A stretch of DNA of 64,000 nucleotides from a virus. Position numbers and translations under genes: made by a program. Positions within the stretch are counted from its first letter, which is position 1. Each line of letters opens with the position of its first letter. The DNA lies in IMG/VR virus record IMGVR_UViG_3300014808_000001, positions 83,720-147,719 of that record; one strand, written 5' to 3'. The notes beneath the pieces are model-generated. The model saw only the letters and a program-made list of their open reading frames with translations, made no database searches and was not told where the DNA came from. This document shows positions 1-9,900 of the stretch, piece by piece.

Positions 1-170
1 ACGGATCTAAATACACAGGCTTCCCATTTGCTTATTCTATATTAAATGACAAGGGGAATAATTACAAAAATGTAAGAGTTCCGGTAGTTGTCATCAAAGG
101 TAAAAACGGTCTTAACTATCTTTTCCCAGTTAGCCTACGTTCTGTAGAATCAGAGGAAGGGCAGAAATGG

Positions 171-2318
171 ATGTCTTTTATAGATATGCTGCTTGAATCT
201 GGTGATTCTGAATTGCTACAGATGGGTCAAGATGATATACAAGATCTTAATGCGTATCTAACCAAGTTAGGTCTTGATCCGGCTTCGTATCAAGTATCGT
301 ATTTGAATCCTATTTCAGGGCTTAGAAAAGCTCGTGAGGCTATAGAAAAATTATCTACGGTTCCTGATGTTGTTAAGTGGGTAGAAGATGAAAGCAGGAA
401 TGTGAAAGACATTGTGACGTCTGAAGTAGAATCTGGAATAGATTTCGAAGGTGAGATGTTTGTTGCTCCTAAGATCAGGATCCAGTTTGGTAAATCATCT
501 TCCAGACCTAAATCGCTTATAGAGGATGATCTTCCTTTCTCTGATGAGGGTAAGACCGTTACTTCTAAAGAATACGTGGATGTTTATGAAGAGGAAATGC
601 CAGAGGAAGGGGTTGTCCGGGGGACTCAGCCGGCGCCATTAGCTCAGCCGGCTCCTGCGGCACAAGCTACGCAGTCTTTACCTGGCAAGAAGCGTACCTC
701 CAGGAAAAACTTCTCTCTTATGTTAAACGAAATAGAATCTCATATAGAAAAAGAAGGATTGCCGTCTTATGCTAATATTTTTGATTTTATAGCAAGGAAG
801 ATTGTAGGAGGTGATTTGAGGTTTCTTCGTGAGAGAGGTAATCCTAAAAGCCTTAAGGAAGAAATGGGATTAGAACCTAAAGGAACAGTAGGTGATAAAA
901 TATCCACTCCTTCCAGTAAAGGTGGTAAGATCTTAGAAGAATACGTTTCTTGGCTTCGTTCTCAAACAGATCAGGTGGTGGTTGATTATGTTGGGCCAAG
1001 ATCTGACGAACAAATTATATCAGAGTTGAAAAACTTTTTGAAATATATTAATTTTGTTCCAAGCAAGGCTTTGAATTATTCTCTTAGAGTCAATGGCATG
1101 GATACCCTAAAAGAATATGGCACAAAAGAGGAAGTAGAAAAAATGGAATCTGATATCAATAGTTTGGTTTCTAAAGTTTTGCCTACGGTGGACAACCAAA
1201 CTATAGAAGATGTTTCTACTGCAATAAAATCAAACAACTTGCCTGCCATATGGGAGCCCGTGGAAAGCCTTGATATGACAAACGAGGAAAAAATAGAGTT
1301 TTTGAATAACGTAGCAGATTTCCTTAGCGGCATACCAGAGTATGATGCTGTCGTGGAGTCTATAGAGTCAGAATCAGATAATATTTTAAATGATGGAAAA
1401 GAAGGAAGTGCAGAAGGCGGTGCAGTACGCACTGAGGAAGATGGCGATAAAAAGGGAGATGGAGAAGGCAAAGGACAATCCAGAACAAATGTCGAAGTTA
1501 AAGGAAATATCGAATTACCTGGATATGAAGAAGGAAGAGTAGATAACTATAGGAAGAACGGAGATAAGTTCTCTGACATTGCTGAAGTCACTTTATGGCT
1601 ACTTAGAAGGGCTGCCGGCATAACCTCTATCCCGGAAGGAGAAGAGGTTTATGTAGAGGGAGATGAGGTTAATAGTATTATGACCGATATGGAATTAAGG
1701 TATGGTATAGACACCATCAATCACTCGCATACGACTAAGGCTATAAGGGATCTTAACGGCGTATCAGGTTATAAAGTAGAATACGGCTTAACCTTTTTGA
1801 CATACGATCCTTTTATTAGGATATCCAATCCAAGGGAAGAATATAAGGCTGCGAAAGACGAGCCTCGTATATCCGAAGAACCGCTTACTCACATATCAAG
1901 GGTGACAACCCCTTATTTCCTGTACGGCGGTGATGAAGCATATACATCTGTTCCGGCTAAGGTAGAACCTATACCGGAGAAGATAATGGGTCGTAATGGC
2001 ATTAAATTTGGTATGAGTGTAGTCGAGTTAACCAAATTAGGGTACAAAAAAGCTGGTGGAAACTGGATATATAAATTCTATATGAACTCAGGTGTGTATG
2101 ATTTGTATAATATCAGTACCGGTGAAGCGTTTAGGGCAAAACCGGATCTTGGAGTTAAGATAAGTTCCAGTGCATTCATCCGCTCTTTATCTCAATCTGG
2201 TAGAAAAATACAAAATATGATGAGTAATATGAGCCAGGAAGAGATAGATAGGAATAAGAATCTCGTAGAAGGTTCTGATAATTCGGATTCGATAAATGAG
2301 TTAAATAAGGAGTGTTGA
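171..2318 (+). CDS. hypothetical large phage protein (715 aa), possibly virion or structural
   Basis: Long uninterrupted ORF in plus-strand late block; acidic and Pro/Ala-rich linker segments; no Walker A so not terminase; antisense ORF 1076-1471 is a shadow. Confidence 0.5.
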   Translation: MSFIDMLLESGDSELLQMGQDDIQDLNAYLTKLGLDPASYQVSYLNPISGLRKAREAIEKLSTVPDVVKWVEDESRNVKDIVTSEVESGIDFEGEMFVAPKIRIQFGKSSSRPKSLIEDDLPFSDEGKTVTSKEYVDVYEEEMPEEGVVRGTQPAPLAQPAPAAQATQSLPGKKRTSRKNFSLMLNEIESHIEKEGLPSYANIFDFIARKIVGGDLRFLRERGNPKSLKEEMGLEPKGTVGDKISTPSSKGGKILEEYVSWLRSQTDQVVVDYVGPRSDEQIISELKNFLKYINFVPSKALNYSLRVNGMDTLKEYGTKEEVEKMESDINSLVSKVLPTVDNQTIEDVSTAIKSNNLPAIWEPVESLDMTNEEKIEFLNNVADFLSGIPEYDAVVESIESESDNILNDGKEGSAEGGAVRTEEDGDKKGDGEGKGQSRTNVEVKGNIELPGYEEGRVDNYRKNGDKFSDIAEVTLWLLRRAAGITSIPEGEEVYVEGDEVNSIMTDMELRYGIDTINHSHTTKAIRDLNGVSGYKVEYGLTFLTYDPFIRISNPREEYKAAKDEPRISEEPLTHISRVTTPYFLYGGDEAYTSVPAKVEPIPEKIMGRNGIKFGMSVVELTKLGYKKAGGNWIYKFYMNSGVYDLYNISTGEAFRAKPDLGVKISSSAFIRSLSQSGRKIQNMMSNMSQEEIDRNKNLVEGSDNSDSINELNKEC

Positions 2319-2851
2319 GTATGAGAAGGAGATTTTTTAATGCTGCGGATAATTTCGTGGGAGGATGTTATAATAAGTTATCCAATGAAGATATAAAAAG
2401 GCTTGGAGGAAAAAGACCTTATGTATGTCAGTTTAATAAAATTCATATACATATAGGACCTGTATTAAAAGATCATGATTCTGATGTTAGTTACATAATG
2501 TTTAATAGTAATTGGAATTATGGTGGTTATGAATCTATGGTTTATAATCATAGCAATAATGGTATTTTTATATTAGGTGAAAACAAAATTGGTAACATAG
2601 AAGATCATATACAAGATCTAACATATTGGTACGAATATGATCCAAGCATTAATGAAAATTATTGTTATTTTTATTATGAGGCTAATAACAGCGGAAATGC
2701 TATCAAGTTGAATGGTGAGTTTGGTGATACCAGTACTGTTTTCAACATTCCCAGCTTGGAAGTCACCACTCTTCGTGATGGCAGTTTGAGTTTTCCGGAG
2801 ATTTATATAGAAGGAATTTGGGATCCGTCATTGTATAAGTCGGTTTTATAA
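2312..2851 (+). CDS. hypothetical protein (179 aa)
   Basis: ORF overlapping stop of upstream gene (translational coupling), Asn/Tyr-rich. Confidence 0.4.
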   Translation: MLSMRRRFFNAADNFVGGCYNKLSNEDIKRLGGKRPYVCQFNKIHIHIGPVLKDHDSDVSYIMFNSNWNYGGYESMVYNHSNNGIFILGENKIGNIEDHIQDLTYWYEYDPSINENYCYFYYEANNSGNAIKLNGEFGDTSTVFNIPSLEVTTLRDGSLSFPEIYIEGIWDPSLYKSVL

Positions 2852-2877
2852 TTAACTTTGCAAAAAAGTTAATTACA

Positions 2878-5133
2878 ATGGGTGTCAAATGTCAGATAGA
2901 AAAAAAGGAAAATGAAATAAAACGGGTTAAGGCTCCTAACGGGGAGCCTTCCGTTCTTTACGAAAGTGCTTTAAAAGTATTAGGAAACAGCGAGCGGGCT
3001 CTTCAGGTATGGGCTAAGGCTTACACTCCTGGTTTTTTGTCGTATTACGGTCATTGGAATAACCCGGCTCCAGGAGAGATGTTTAATACCGATCCCAATG
3101 GTGAACCTCTTTTAGAAGACGTGCTGTCGTATATGAAGCGTCAGACTTATTTTTCCGATCCCTTAACGGCTCAGGATGTTAAGGATGTAAGAGATGTTAT
3201 GATATCCAATTCCATATATAGCATACGATCTCTTATTAATAGAGTTAGAAGCTCTTTTTATGTGGATGGTAATCTTATCCTAAATGAAGAAAATCTAAGG
3301 AGATCCGGCTTGTACAATGAGACAGAGATAAGTAGGATATTAGATAATCCTTCTGTACTTAATGAGGTCAGCTCTTTTATGAGGTTATTATTAGATTATT
3401 CCAATAACGAACACGATCTCGGGAAAGAGTCTTACTTCACAACCGTAGAAAAACCATACGGTCCTGTTGTGTATAAAAATGGTGTCTTCAATAAATTAGG
3501 AAAGAGAGCATCATATAATCCGGCTGAAGTTTACGAGGTTATAAAAAATACAGTAGGAGGTATTAGTGTTGCTTCAGAGTTTGATGCTGCTTTCGAATCT
3601 TTATCTGATTCATATCCGGAGTTAGTTGAAAGATATCAGTCGGATAAGAGTTTTGCCTTGTCGCTGTTCAACGAATTTTCGAATATGAACATCGTTCCGG
3701 TTGTGGCTTTAGAAGATAATAATATCGTAGAAGGGAAGAGACGGTCATTATCAAAGTTGCAAGATTATGCTTATTACAGCCCTATTGGATCTGAGTCATT
3801 ACGAGCTCGTATATCAGCCTTTCTAAACAGGGTTAATGCTGATACAGAAGAAGACCTTAGAAGTATGATATGGGATGTAGAAGAGGCTTGTGTAGGTCTT
3901 GGTATAGATATCGTAGGCGTGTCTAAGGCATATGACGGAACAGAAGAATCGCTGAATAAAATTGATAGCTTGATGCTGGATCTTGATATTTATGTAGCAA
4001 GGCGCAACGATGATACTTATGCTCCTACCTTAGCTTCTGCTATCGATGACGTTCTTGGAGATAGCCAGGATCGCCGTGTTATGTTTCTGCCAGAGTATAT
4101 GGATAATATGAATATCGTTTATATGGAATCTGACATAGATCCGGTATCGGCATTTGAAAATCATTCTCTGCTTTATCTTGGTGGAAACCTATATCATAAG
4201 GTAGAAAGAGATAATTTAGGTGATTTGTACGATATAGCTGCCGAGCTTGCCAAGCGGAGTCTAACTTATTTCCCACCTGGTATCTATCCTGAATATTGTT
4301 TTAAGGATGGTGTTTTAGATAAGCTCCGCGTGAAAAACGTAGATAGTAAGGCCCTTGCTGATTCTATTAAAAAATACGTCCTGTCTTATACCGATTCTCA
4401 GAATACGGAAGAGATGAATGCTACCAGATTGGCGTTCGGTCATCTTGTTGTTCCTGGAAGCCCGTATGTTAATGAAGAACGGGAGTTTAGCCGATACATA
4501 AACAGAAAGCAGGACAAAGAGAATCCTTTACTCTTATTCGATTTATACCAATCTTATCTTGAAAATAAGCTTCATAATACGGAAGTGTACGAAGGGGCAT
4601 ACAAGTATCTTGACTTTAAACCAGATCATTTACTGGGTCTTACCGTTTCAGATCCGGATACGTTAAAACAAATTGAACTATCTTTGGCAGGTAATGATCG
4701 TGAGCAGTTATTTGAGTATAGCATGAGCAGCACCGATCCTTCTTTTACAGATCTGTTCTATTTGGATTATTATGATATGTTATATGCCGGTTCTGATTTC
4801 TATCACGATCTTTTTACGAAACATCCTAATCTCTTAAATGAGGTTCGGGATCATAACATAACTAAGCAGGATGATAATGTTATCGTAGAAGGTTTGTATG
4901 ATAATTTTATCAGAATAGGAGACATGGTGTTCACTAAAGTTGGCGAAAGTAGTTCCGGCTCTATCTACCAAAATCTAACAGGAACCGAATCGGAGGTGAA
5001 ATACGATTCTACTCAGAAGGCTAAGACGGTAGAAACCGATTACGCTCCATACCAAAACAAATCTGGCTTGACGCAAGATATGACCGTAAGCAAGTCTGAA
5101 TTGGATGATCTTAATAAATTGGAATGCAGGTAA
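2878..5133 (+). CDS. hypothetical large phage protein (751 aa), possibly structural
   Basis: Long ORF, followed by rho-independent terminator at 5177-5210. Confidence 0.5.
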   Translation: MGVKCQIEKKENEIKRVKAPNGEPSVLYESALKVLGNSERALQVWAKAYTPGFLSYYGHWNNPAPGEMFNTDPNGEPLLEDVLSYMKRQTYFSDPLTAQDVKDVRDVMISNSIYSIRSLINRVRSSFYVDGNLILNEENLRRSGLYNETEISRILDNPSVLNEVSSFMRLLLDYSNNEHDLGKESYFTTVEKPYGPVVYKNGVFNKLGKRASYNPAEVYEVIKNTVGGISVASEFDAAFESLSDSYPELVERYQSDKSFALSLFNEFSNMNIVPVVALEDNNIVEGKRRSLSKLQDYAYYSPIGSESLRARISAFLNRVNADTEEDLRSMIWDVEEACVGLGIDIVGVSKAYDGTEESLNKIDSLMLDLDIYVARRNDDTYAPTLASAIDDVLGDSQDRRVMFLPEYMDNMNIVYMESDIDPVSAFENHSLLYLGGNLYHKVERDNLGDLYDIAAELAKRSLTYFPPGIYPEYCFKDGVLDKLRVKNVDSKALADSIKKYVLSYTDSQNTEEMNATRLAFGHLVVPGSPYVNEEREFSRYINRKQDKENPLLLFDLYQSYLENKLHNTEVYEGAYKYLDFKPDHLLGLTVSDPDTLKQIELSLAGNDREQLFEYSMSSTDPSFTDLFYLDYYDMLYAGSDFYHDLFTKHPNLLNEVRDHNITKQDDNVIVEGLYDNFIRIGDMVFTKVGESSSGSIYQNLTGTESEVKYDSTQKAKTVETDYAPYQNKSGLTQDMTVSKSELDDLNKLECR

Positions 5134-5176
5134 TTTTTGTATACATATAATATAGTTTTTTCATAATTACGATTTG

Positions 5177-5210
5177 GAAAGTGAGGCTTGTGAAAGTCTC
5201 ACTTTTCTCA
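5177..5210 (+). terminator. rho-independent terminator
   Basis: Stem AAAGTGAG / CTCACTTT with 12-nt loop followed by TTTTCTC directly after stop of 2878-5133. Confidence 0.5.
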
Positions 5211-5842
5211 TATATGCACGTATATCAATAACATACAAGAAAAGTTAGATTTTCATTGTTTATGAATTATTTTTATTAAGTTTGCAATATTAGTTTCAGG
5301 AAGGGATTATAGAAATAGGAAAAAGTAAGAACCGGACGTAACTAATAACAGTAGGAAATGAGAATCAGTACCATCAAACGTAACAACAGCATTCATCTTA
5401 TGTATAAAAACATTATGAATGATTTAGGTCAATTAAGAACTGTAGTTTCAAAATCCTATATTTATAATCTGATATAAAATCAAACCGGATTAAGTATCAG
5501 AACTATATCCCATGTCTTGAATCACACAAAAGAACAGGATACAGATTCTTTGTGAAAACCATACATTTTCATACATTTGTGTGTTCTTTAGTTTTTAGAT
5601 TTAAGTTTTTCATGGTATTAGTTTAGATTAGTGTAGATCAGGGTTCGCAGTGATGCGGGCCCTGGTTTGTTTTAAAAAGTATTAAAATATTTGTTATTTA
5701 AAATCCTGTTCCTATCTTTATTCCAGAAACAATGAACAACGAGATCCCACCTCTGGTTGTTTGATGTTGAAAGATATTTTTGGCTCATTAGGGTTTGTCA
5801 TAGTGGGATCTGACATTCTCTTTTGGGCCTATTTTTTTTATT

Positions 5843-6496
5843 ATGGATAATACTTGTATTCCTTTTGTGTTAATAAACGACAGAAAAATGATTGACGCAA
5901 AACATGTTCATAAATTGTTAGAATGTAAGTATGATTTTAAACATTGGATTAAGGATGTAATATCATCTTTTAATTTTAAGGATGGAATAGATTATATATC
6001 ATATAGATATGATAATAATGGAGAACAAATAATAGATAATAATAGTCATGTATTTAGGCATGACTATTATTTATTCCCCAAATCGATTCTGTGTATCATC
6101 TATATGAAGTGTGATAGATCTTTATTTAAAGATTTTATTTATGATATATTTGATTGTTGTAATATTAAAAATGACGATCGGGTATTAGATATAATACATA
6201 GATCTATCGATAGGTATAATAAAAAATGTATAAAATATTTTACATATATAATAAGAAATAATAATAATGGTTTTTATAAAATAGGTAAAAGCTCTGATGT
6301 AAAAAGAAGGCTATCTGGGTTGTCTATTGTAGAAGATAACTTAACATTAATAGCTTATGTGAATAAAGATATAGAGAGCGAGCTTCATGCAAGATTTGAT
6401 ATCAAAGGGATATACAGAGAATGGTTCAACTTATCAGATTGCGATTTGAATGATATAATTGATAAATATAAATTCAAGTTGTGTGACATGGCTTGA
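5843..6496 (+). CDS. AntA/AntB-like N-terminal domain fused to T5orf172 (GIY-YIG-like) domain protein
   Basis: N-term DAKHVHKLLECKYDFKHWIKD...GIDYI resembles AntA antirepressor N-domain; C-term GFYKIGKSSDVKRRLSGL matches T5orf172/GIY-YIG-like motif; gene is far more AT-rich than neighbours. Confidence 0.55.
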   Translation: MDNTCIPFVLINDRKMIDAKHVHKLLECKYDFKHWIKDVISSFNFKDGIDYISYRYDNNGEQIIDNNSHVFRHDYYLFPKSILCIIYMKCDRSLFKDFIYDIFDCCNIKNDDRVLDIIHRSIDRYNKKCIKYFTYIIRNNNNGFYKIGKSSDVKRRLSGLSIVEDNLTLIAYVNKDIESELHARFDIKGIYREWFNLSDCDLNDIIDKYKFKLCDMA

Positions 6497-6678
6497 ATTT
6501 TATTACAATAAAAAGTGATTAAGAGATGAGTCTATGGTGATATTTACTCATCTCTTCTTATTTTTCTGAAAATACTTCTCTTCTATAGGAAATAAACACA
6601 CCCATATTCCACCCTGCAATCATGATCTTTGTTACGTGCTTCATGCACATATGTTTAACAATTAAATACTATAAAATT

Positions 6679-7686
6679 ATGGGTGGTGATAAAATCGTCC
6701 TTTTAGATGGAGCCGGGGCTAACGGTGGTGGTGCAGCCACTAACGGTCTTCTTTCAATGATTCCCGGCATGTTTGCTAATTTGATAGGTGGTAATAAAAT
6801 GGATCCGAATCTGGTGGCGGCTTTGATGAACGGTCGTAACAACCAGGACGGTTTCGGTGGGGCTAACGGTTGGTGGCTCTGGATAATTGTTTTGTTCTGG
6901 CTGTGGGGTGGACGCGGCTTCGGTAACGGTTTTGGAAATGGCGGTGATTGTTGTGCCAATGGTTTGCCGGCTCAGTTGAATAACGATTACGGTCGTGAAC
7001 TTTTGATGCAGGCAATTCAAGGTAATCGTAGCGCCATAGATCAGATTGCTTCTGCTTTGAACTGTTCTACTACTCAACTTCAAAACGCTATCTGCAACGT
7101 ACAGGGTGCTATTGATAAAGTAGCTGGTCAGGTAGGTATGACTTCTCAGGCTGTTATCAACGCAGTTCAACAACAAGGTTGTGAAATAGGAAATCAAATC
7201 AGCTCTTGCTGCTGCAATTTGAGTTCGTTGATCAATCAAAGCACTTGCCAGACTCAGGGAATGATTACTCAGCAAGGTTTTGATAACCAGCTTCGCACGT
7301 TGGAACAAACCAATATCTTGCAGAACGGTCTCAACCAAGGTCTGGCTAACAATCGTGAGCAAGCTACAAGCCAATTCAATATCTTGTCTGCGAAACTTGA
7401 CGCCCAAACCGTTATGATCAACGACAAATTCTGTCAGTTGGAAATGAGGGAGATGCAGAACACTATTGCTCAACTTCGTGAAGAAAAAGCGGCTTTGACA
7501 GCTTCGGCATTATCTCAGCAACAAACCCAGAATATCGTTGGTCAATTACGCCCGACGGCCGTCCCGGCCTACCCCTCTTGTTCTCCTTACCAGGCTTATA
7601 CTTGGGGACAGGTATTCGGAGGAGGTTGCTGTAATAACGGATGCGGATGTAACAACGGATGTTGCAATAACAACGCTGCTGTCTGA
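6679..7686 (+). CDS. Gly/Cys/Gln/Asn-rich single-pass membrane protein with coiled-coil (likely start MGGDK at 6679; ORF opens at 6622)
   Basis: Gly-rich N-term, TM segment WWLWIIVLFWLWGG, Q/N-rich coiled-coil middle, Cys clusters CCC and terminal GGGCCNNGCGCNNGCCNNN. Confidence 0.5.
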   Translation: MGGDKIVLLDGAGANGGGAATNGLLSMIPGMFANLIGGNKMDPNLVAALMNGRNNQDGFGGANGWWLWIIVLFWLWGGRGFGNGFGNGGDCCANGLPAQLNNDYGRELLMQAIQGNRSAIDQIASALNCSTTQLQNAICNVQGAIDKVAGQVGMTSQAVINAVQQQGCEIGNQISSCCCNLSSLINQSTCQTQGMITQQGFDNQLRTLEQTNILQNGLNQGLANNREQATSQFNILSAKLDAQTVMINDKFCQLEMREMQNTIAQLREEKAALTASALSQQQTQNIVGQLRPTAVPAYPSCSPYQAYTWGQVFGGGCCNNGCGCNNGCCNNNAAV

Positions 7687-7696
7687 TTTTATTAAG

Positions 7697-7703
7697 AAAG
7701 GAG
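7697..7703 (+). promoter_or_regulatory. Shine-Dalgarno AAGGAGG for 7710 gene
   Basis: AAGGAGG 6 nt upstream of ATG at 7710; most other genes in window lack such a site. Confidence 0.45.
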
Positions 7704-7709
7704 GCTAAT

Positions 7710-8123
7710 ATGGCTTGTGTTTCTAAAATAGGATCGTTGTATGAGATGGTTACGAAGAATGTTATTGTCAGTACGACAAATACAGTCTTCGGTATTAACC
7801 CACGGGCTTGGATCGCCCTTCCGTGTGAGGGTCTTATCCTTCTTAAGATAAGGCAAGTAGTCCCCACAGCCGGAAGTGCTCTACCGGTACAGATTGCGGT
7901 CCCGGCAAACAGCACAGTTTCAACAGTAGGAGCCGACACCTGTTGCCCTGTTACGGGAGTGAATGTCGTGAACCCTATTAACGTAGCTGTCACGGGTGCT
8001 GCTATGGTAAATGGCACAGAACGCCTTCTGTACTTCAATAAAGTTCGTGGCGTGTTAAGATTAATGGATTGTTGTGTTCCAACAACAACAGCCCAGGCGT
8101 CTGAAGTTAAAGCAGGTAAATGA
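7710..8123 (+). CDS. hypothetical protein (137 aa), Cys-pair containing
   Basis: Strong RBS, terminator downstream; antisense ORF 7463-8038 is a shadow. Confidence 0.55.
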   Translation: MACVSKIGSLYEMVTKNVIVSTTNTVFGINPRAWIALPCEGLILLKIRQVVPTAGSALPVQIAVPANSTVSTVGADTCCPVTGVNVVNPINVAVTGAAMVNGTERLLYFNKVRGVLRLMDCCVPTTTAQASEVKAGK

Positions 8124-8130
8124 TTTCAGT

Positions 8131-8160
8131 AGGGTGATGGAGATCATCACCCTATTTTCA
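8131..8160 (+). terminator. rho-independent terminator
   Basis: AGGGTGATG gagat CATCACCCT hairpin followed by ATTTTCA. Confidence 0.5.
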
Positions 8161-8173
8161 CCTAACTAATATT

Positions 8174-8668
8174 TTGATCATGTTTTCAGATTTGAAGAAA
8201 GGGTTTCAGGTACATACCCTTGATACTAATACAGTACCTAAATACGAATTGGGAAAGGTAGTAGCCGTATCCGAACCCAGGTATCTTCCTCCTCAGCCAG
8301 GTCAGTATCAGGCGATGCAGACCCGCGTGGTGGATCTGACGGTAGAGCTCACTGGCGAAACCAAGACCTATACGGTCCCGGAATCCCAGAATGTGGCTAA
8401 GGCTATGGGCATAACATTATCTACCAGCATAGATCCGATTATGAACGAACTGAATGCTATAAAAAACACCAGTCAAGACATAATAAACAGCGTAGATGCC
8501 CATCGTGCCAAGATAGAGGCTTGTGAATCTATATTAGAAGACATCAATCCGGCATTCAAACAAACGAGAGAGCAGGATCGTAAAATAGCTGGTATAGAAA
8601 ATAAGGTGAATGACCTTACTGATTCATTCGAAGATTTAAAGAAGTTAATTGTAGAACGTTTGAAATAA
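8174..8668 (+). CDS. hypothetical coiled-coil protein (164 aa)
   Basis: ORF with charged heptad-like C-terminal half. Confidence 0.45.
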   Translation: MIMFSDLKKGFQVHTLDTNTVPKYELGKVVAVSEPRYLPPQPGQYQAMQTRVVDLTVELTGETKTYTVPESQNVAKAMGITLSTSIDPIMNELNAIKNTSQDIINSVDAHRAKIEACESILEDINPAFKQTREQDRKIAGIENKVNDLTDSFEDLKKLIVERLK

Positions 8669-8675
8669 GTATAAT

Positions 8676-9044
8676 ATGATAGTATATGATTTAAATTCAG
8701 GACATAGAGAATATCCTGGATATGATGAGATAGAAGACAGACGGGGTGGAGGTAGAGGAAGAAGCCGCCGTTCTGATGGGACATACATGGGGTACGGTGG
8801 TGGTATTTACGACCATTACGGTATGCATGAGAAGATGAAGGAAATGGAAGAACGCGAAAACGAGCTGGAAGAAAGGGAAAGAAGGCTCGAAGAGCGCGAA
8901 CGTCGTCATGAAATGGAGGACCGGGAATACCGGAGGATGGGTTACGAATCCTACCCGATTGATTACTATGGAGACGACAGATACTACGGTGACGGACCTC
9001 AGATGCGTAGAGGTCGCGGACGTGGCAGAGGTCGTTCTTATTGA
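8676..9044 (+). CDS. low-complexity RGG-box / ERERR-repeat protein (122 aa)
   Basis: GGGRGRSRR N-term, EERENELEERERRLEERERRHE middle, RRGRGRGRGRSY C-term; antisense ORF 8697-9248 is a shadow. Confidence 0.45.
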   Translation: MIVYDLNSGHREYPGYDEIEDRRGGGRGRSRRSDGTYMGYGGGIYDHYGMHEKMKEMEERENELEERERRLEERERRHEMEDREYRRMGYESYPIDYYGDDRYYGDGPQMRRGRGRGRGRSY

Positions 9045-9137
9045 GGAGCAGACGCAGAGGATCCAGCTTATCAGAAATATGTAGATACTTACGGCTACCA
9101 TTTTTCTAATGCTCTCGCTGATGAGGCGGTAAAGAAG

Positions 9138-9431
9138 ATGGTCAACGTCGATGGATCCAAGAGGATCTGGAAGCAGCCGGAAATAAAAGATATTTTTGAA
9201 AAGTGCGGAGCGAAGAAGCCGGATAAAGCGACATGGGGCGATGTCCAATATGTCTTTGCAATGTACTATTCGGATGGTTTTCCGAAGGTCTTCAAATGTG
9301 AGAACGAGTTGGTGAAAGCTACGTTAATGTATTTGGATGATCCGGATGCTCCCGAAGGAGTAGCCTTTATAAGATGGCTTGCCGTGCAAGATTACCTCGG
9401 CGAAAAAATAAACTGGAAGGATCTGACCTGA
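9138..9431 (+). CDS. hypothetical protein (97 aa)
   Basis: ORF followed by GC-rich hairpin terminator. Confidence 0.4.
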   Translation: MVNVDGSKRIWKQPEIKDIFEKCGAKKPDKATWGDVQYVFAMYYSDGFPKVFKCENELVKATLMYLDDPDAPEGVAFIRWLAVQDYLGEKINWKDLT

Positions 9432-9535
9432 GATCCAGACCCAGGTCCTTCCGGTGGTGCGGGAGCCATAGTAAAAAATATGATTCCCGCATTCCCGTTT
9501 TTCCCGTTTGGAAAAAAAAGGAATAAAAATGTTAT

Positions 9536-9580
9536 ACCGGTCGGCGGGCAATAGAATACCCGTGGCCGGTTTGTTTCACA
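9536..9580 (+). terminator. rho-independent terminator (imperfect GC-rich stem)
   Basis: ACCGGTCGGCGGG ... CCCGTGGCCGGT followed by TTGTTTC. Confidence 0.45.
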
Positions 9581-9590
9581 TAACTTTTTT

Positions 9591-9773
9591 TTGGACATGA
9601 ATATAGCACACGAATCTAAATCGAATAAAACCCCCTTGTATTTAATAGGAGAGTTGATTGGCGTACCGAATACGGTTATGGACTCAGCATTGCATGAACT
9701 GAAAGATAGAATAGACAAAGACCCTAAATATAAAGATGTTAAAAATTGGCTCGAATCTTTACCCAAGATCTGA
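9591..9773 (+). CDS. hypothetical small protein (60 aa)
   Basis: Short ORF bracketed by two terminators. Confidence 0.3.
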   Translation: MDMNIAHESKSNKTPLYLIGELIGVPNTVMDSALHELKDRIDKDPKYKDVKNWLESLPKI

Positions 9774-9795
9774 ACCTATTTTTTTCAATACCAGG

Positions 9796-9830
9796 CCCGA
9801 TGCGATTTTAACGTATCGGGTTTTTATTTT
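9796..9830 (+). terminator. rho-independent terminator
   Basis: CCCGAT gcgattttaacgt ATCGGG followed by TTTTTATTTT. Confidence 0.55.
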
Positions 9831-9900
9831 AATTCATATTGTTTTATTTTAAATCTAATTAATTCATTAATGTCGTACATTTGTTGAAAAACTATTCTAT

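Noticed and set aside
5134-5842. Possible tRNA or CRISPR array in the 700-bp non-coding gap
   Set aside because: No T-loop-like GTTCGAATC or cloverleaf pattern and no regularly spaced direct repeats were found by eye. tRNAscan and CRISPR finders should still be run.
6754-8038. Long antisense ORFs (6754-7473 minus, 7463-8038 minus) opposite the Gly/Cys-rich gene and the 7710 gene
   Set aside because: Low-complexity, Thr/Val/Pro-rich translations typical of the reverse frame of real genes. The plus-strand genes have an RBS and terminators.
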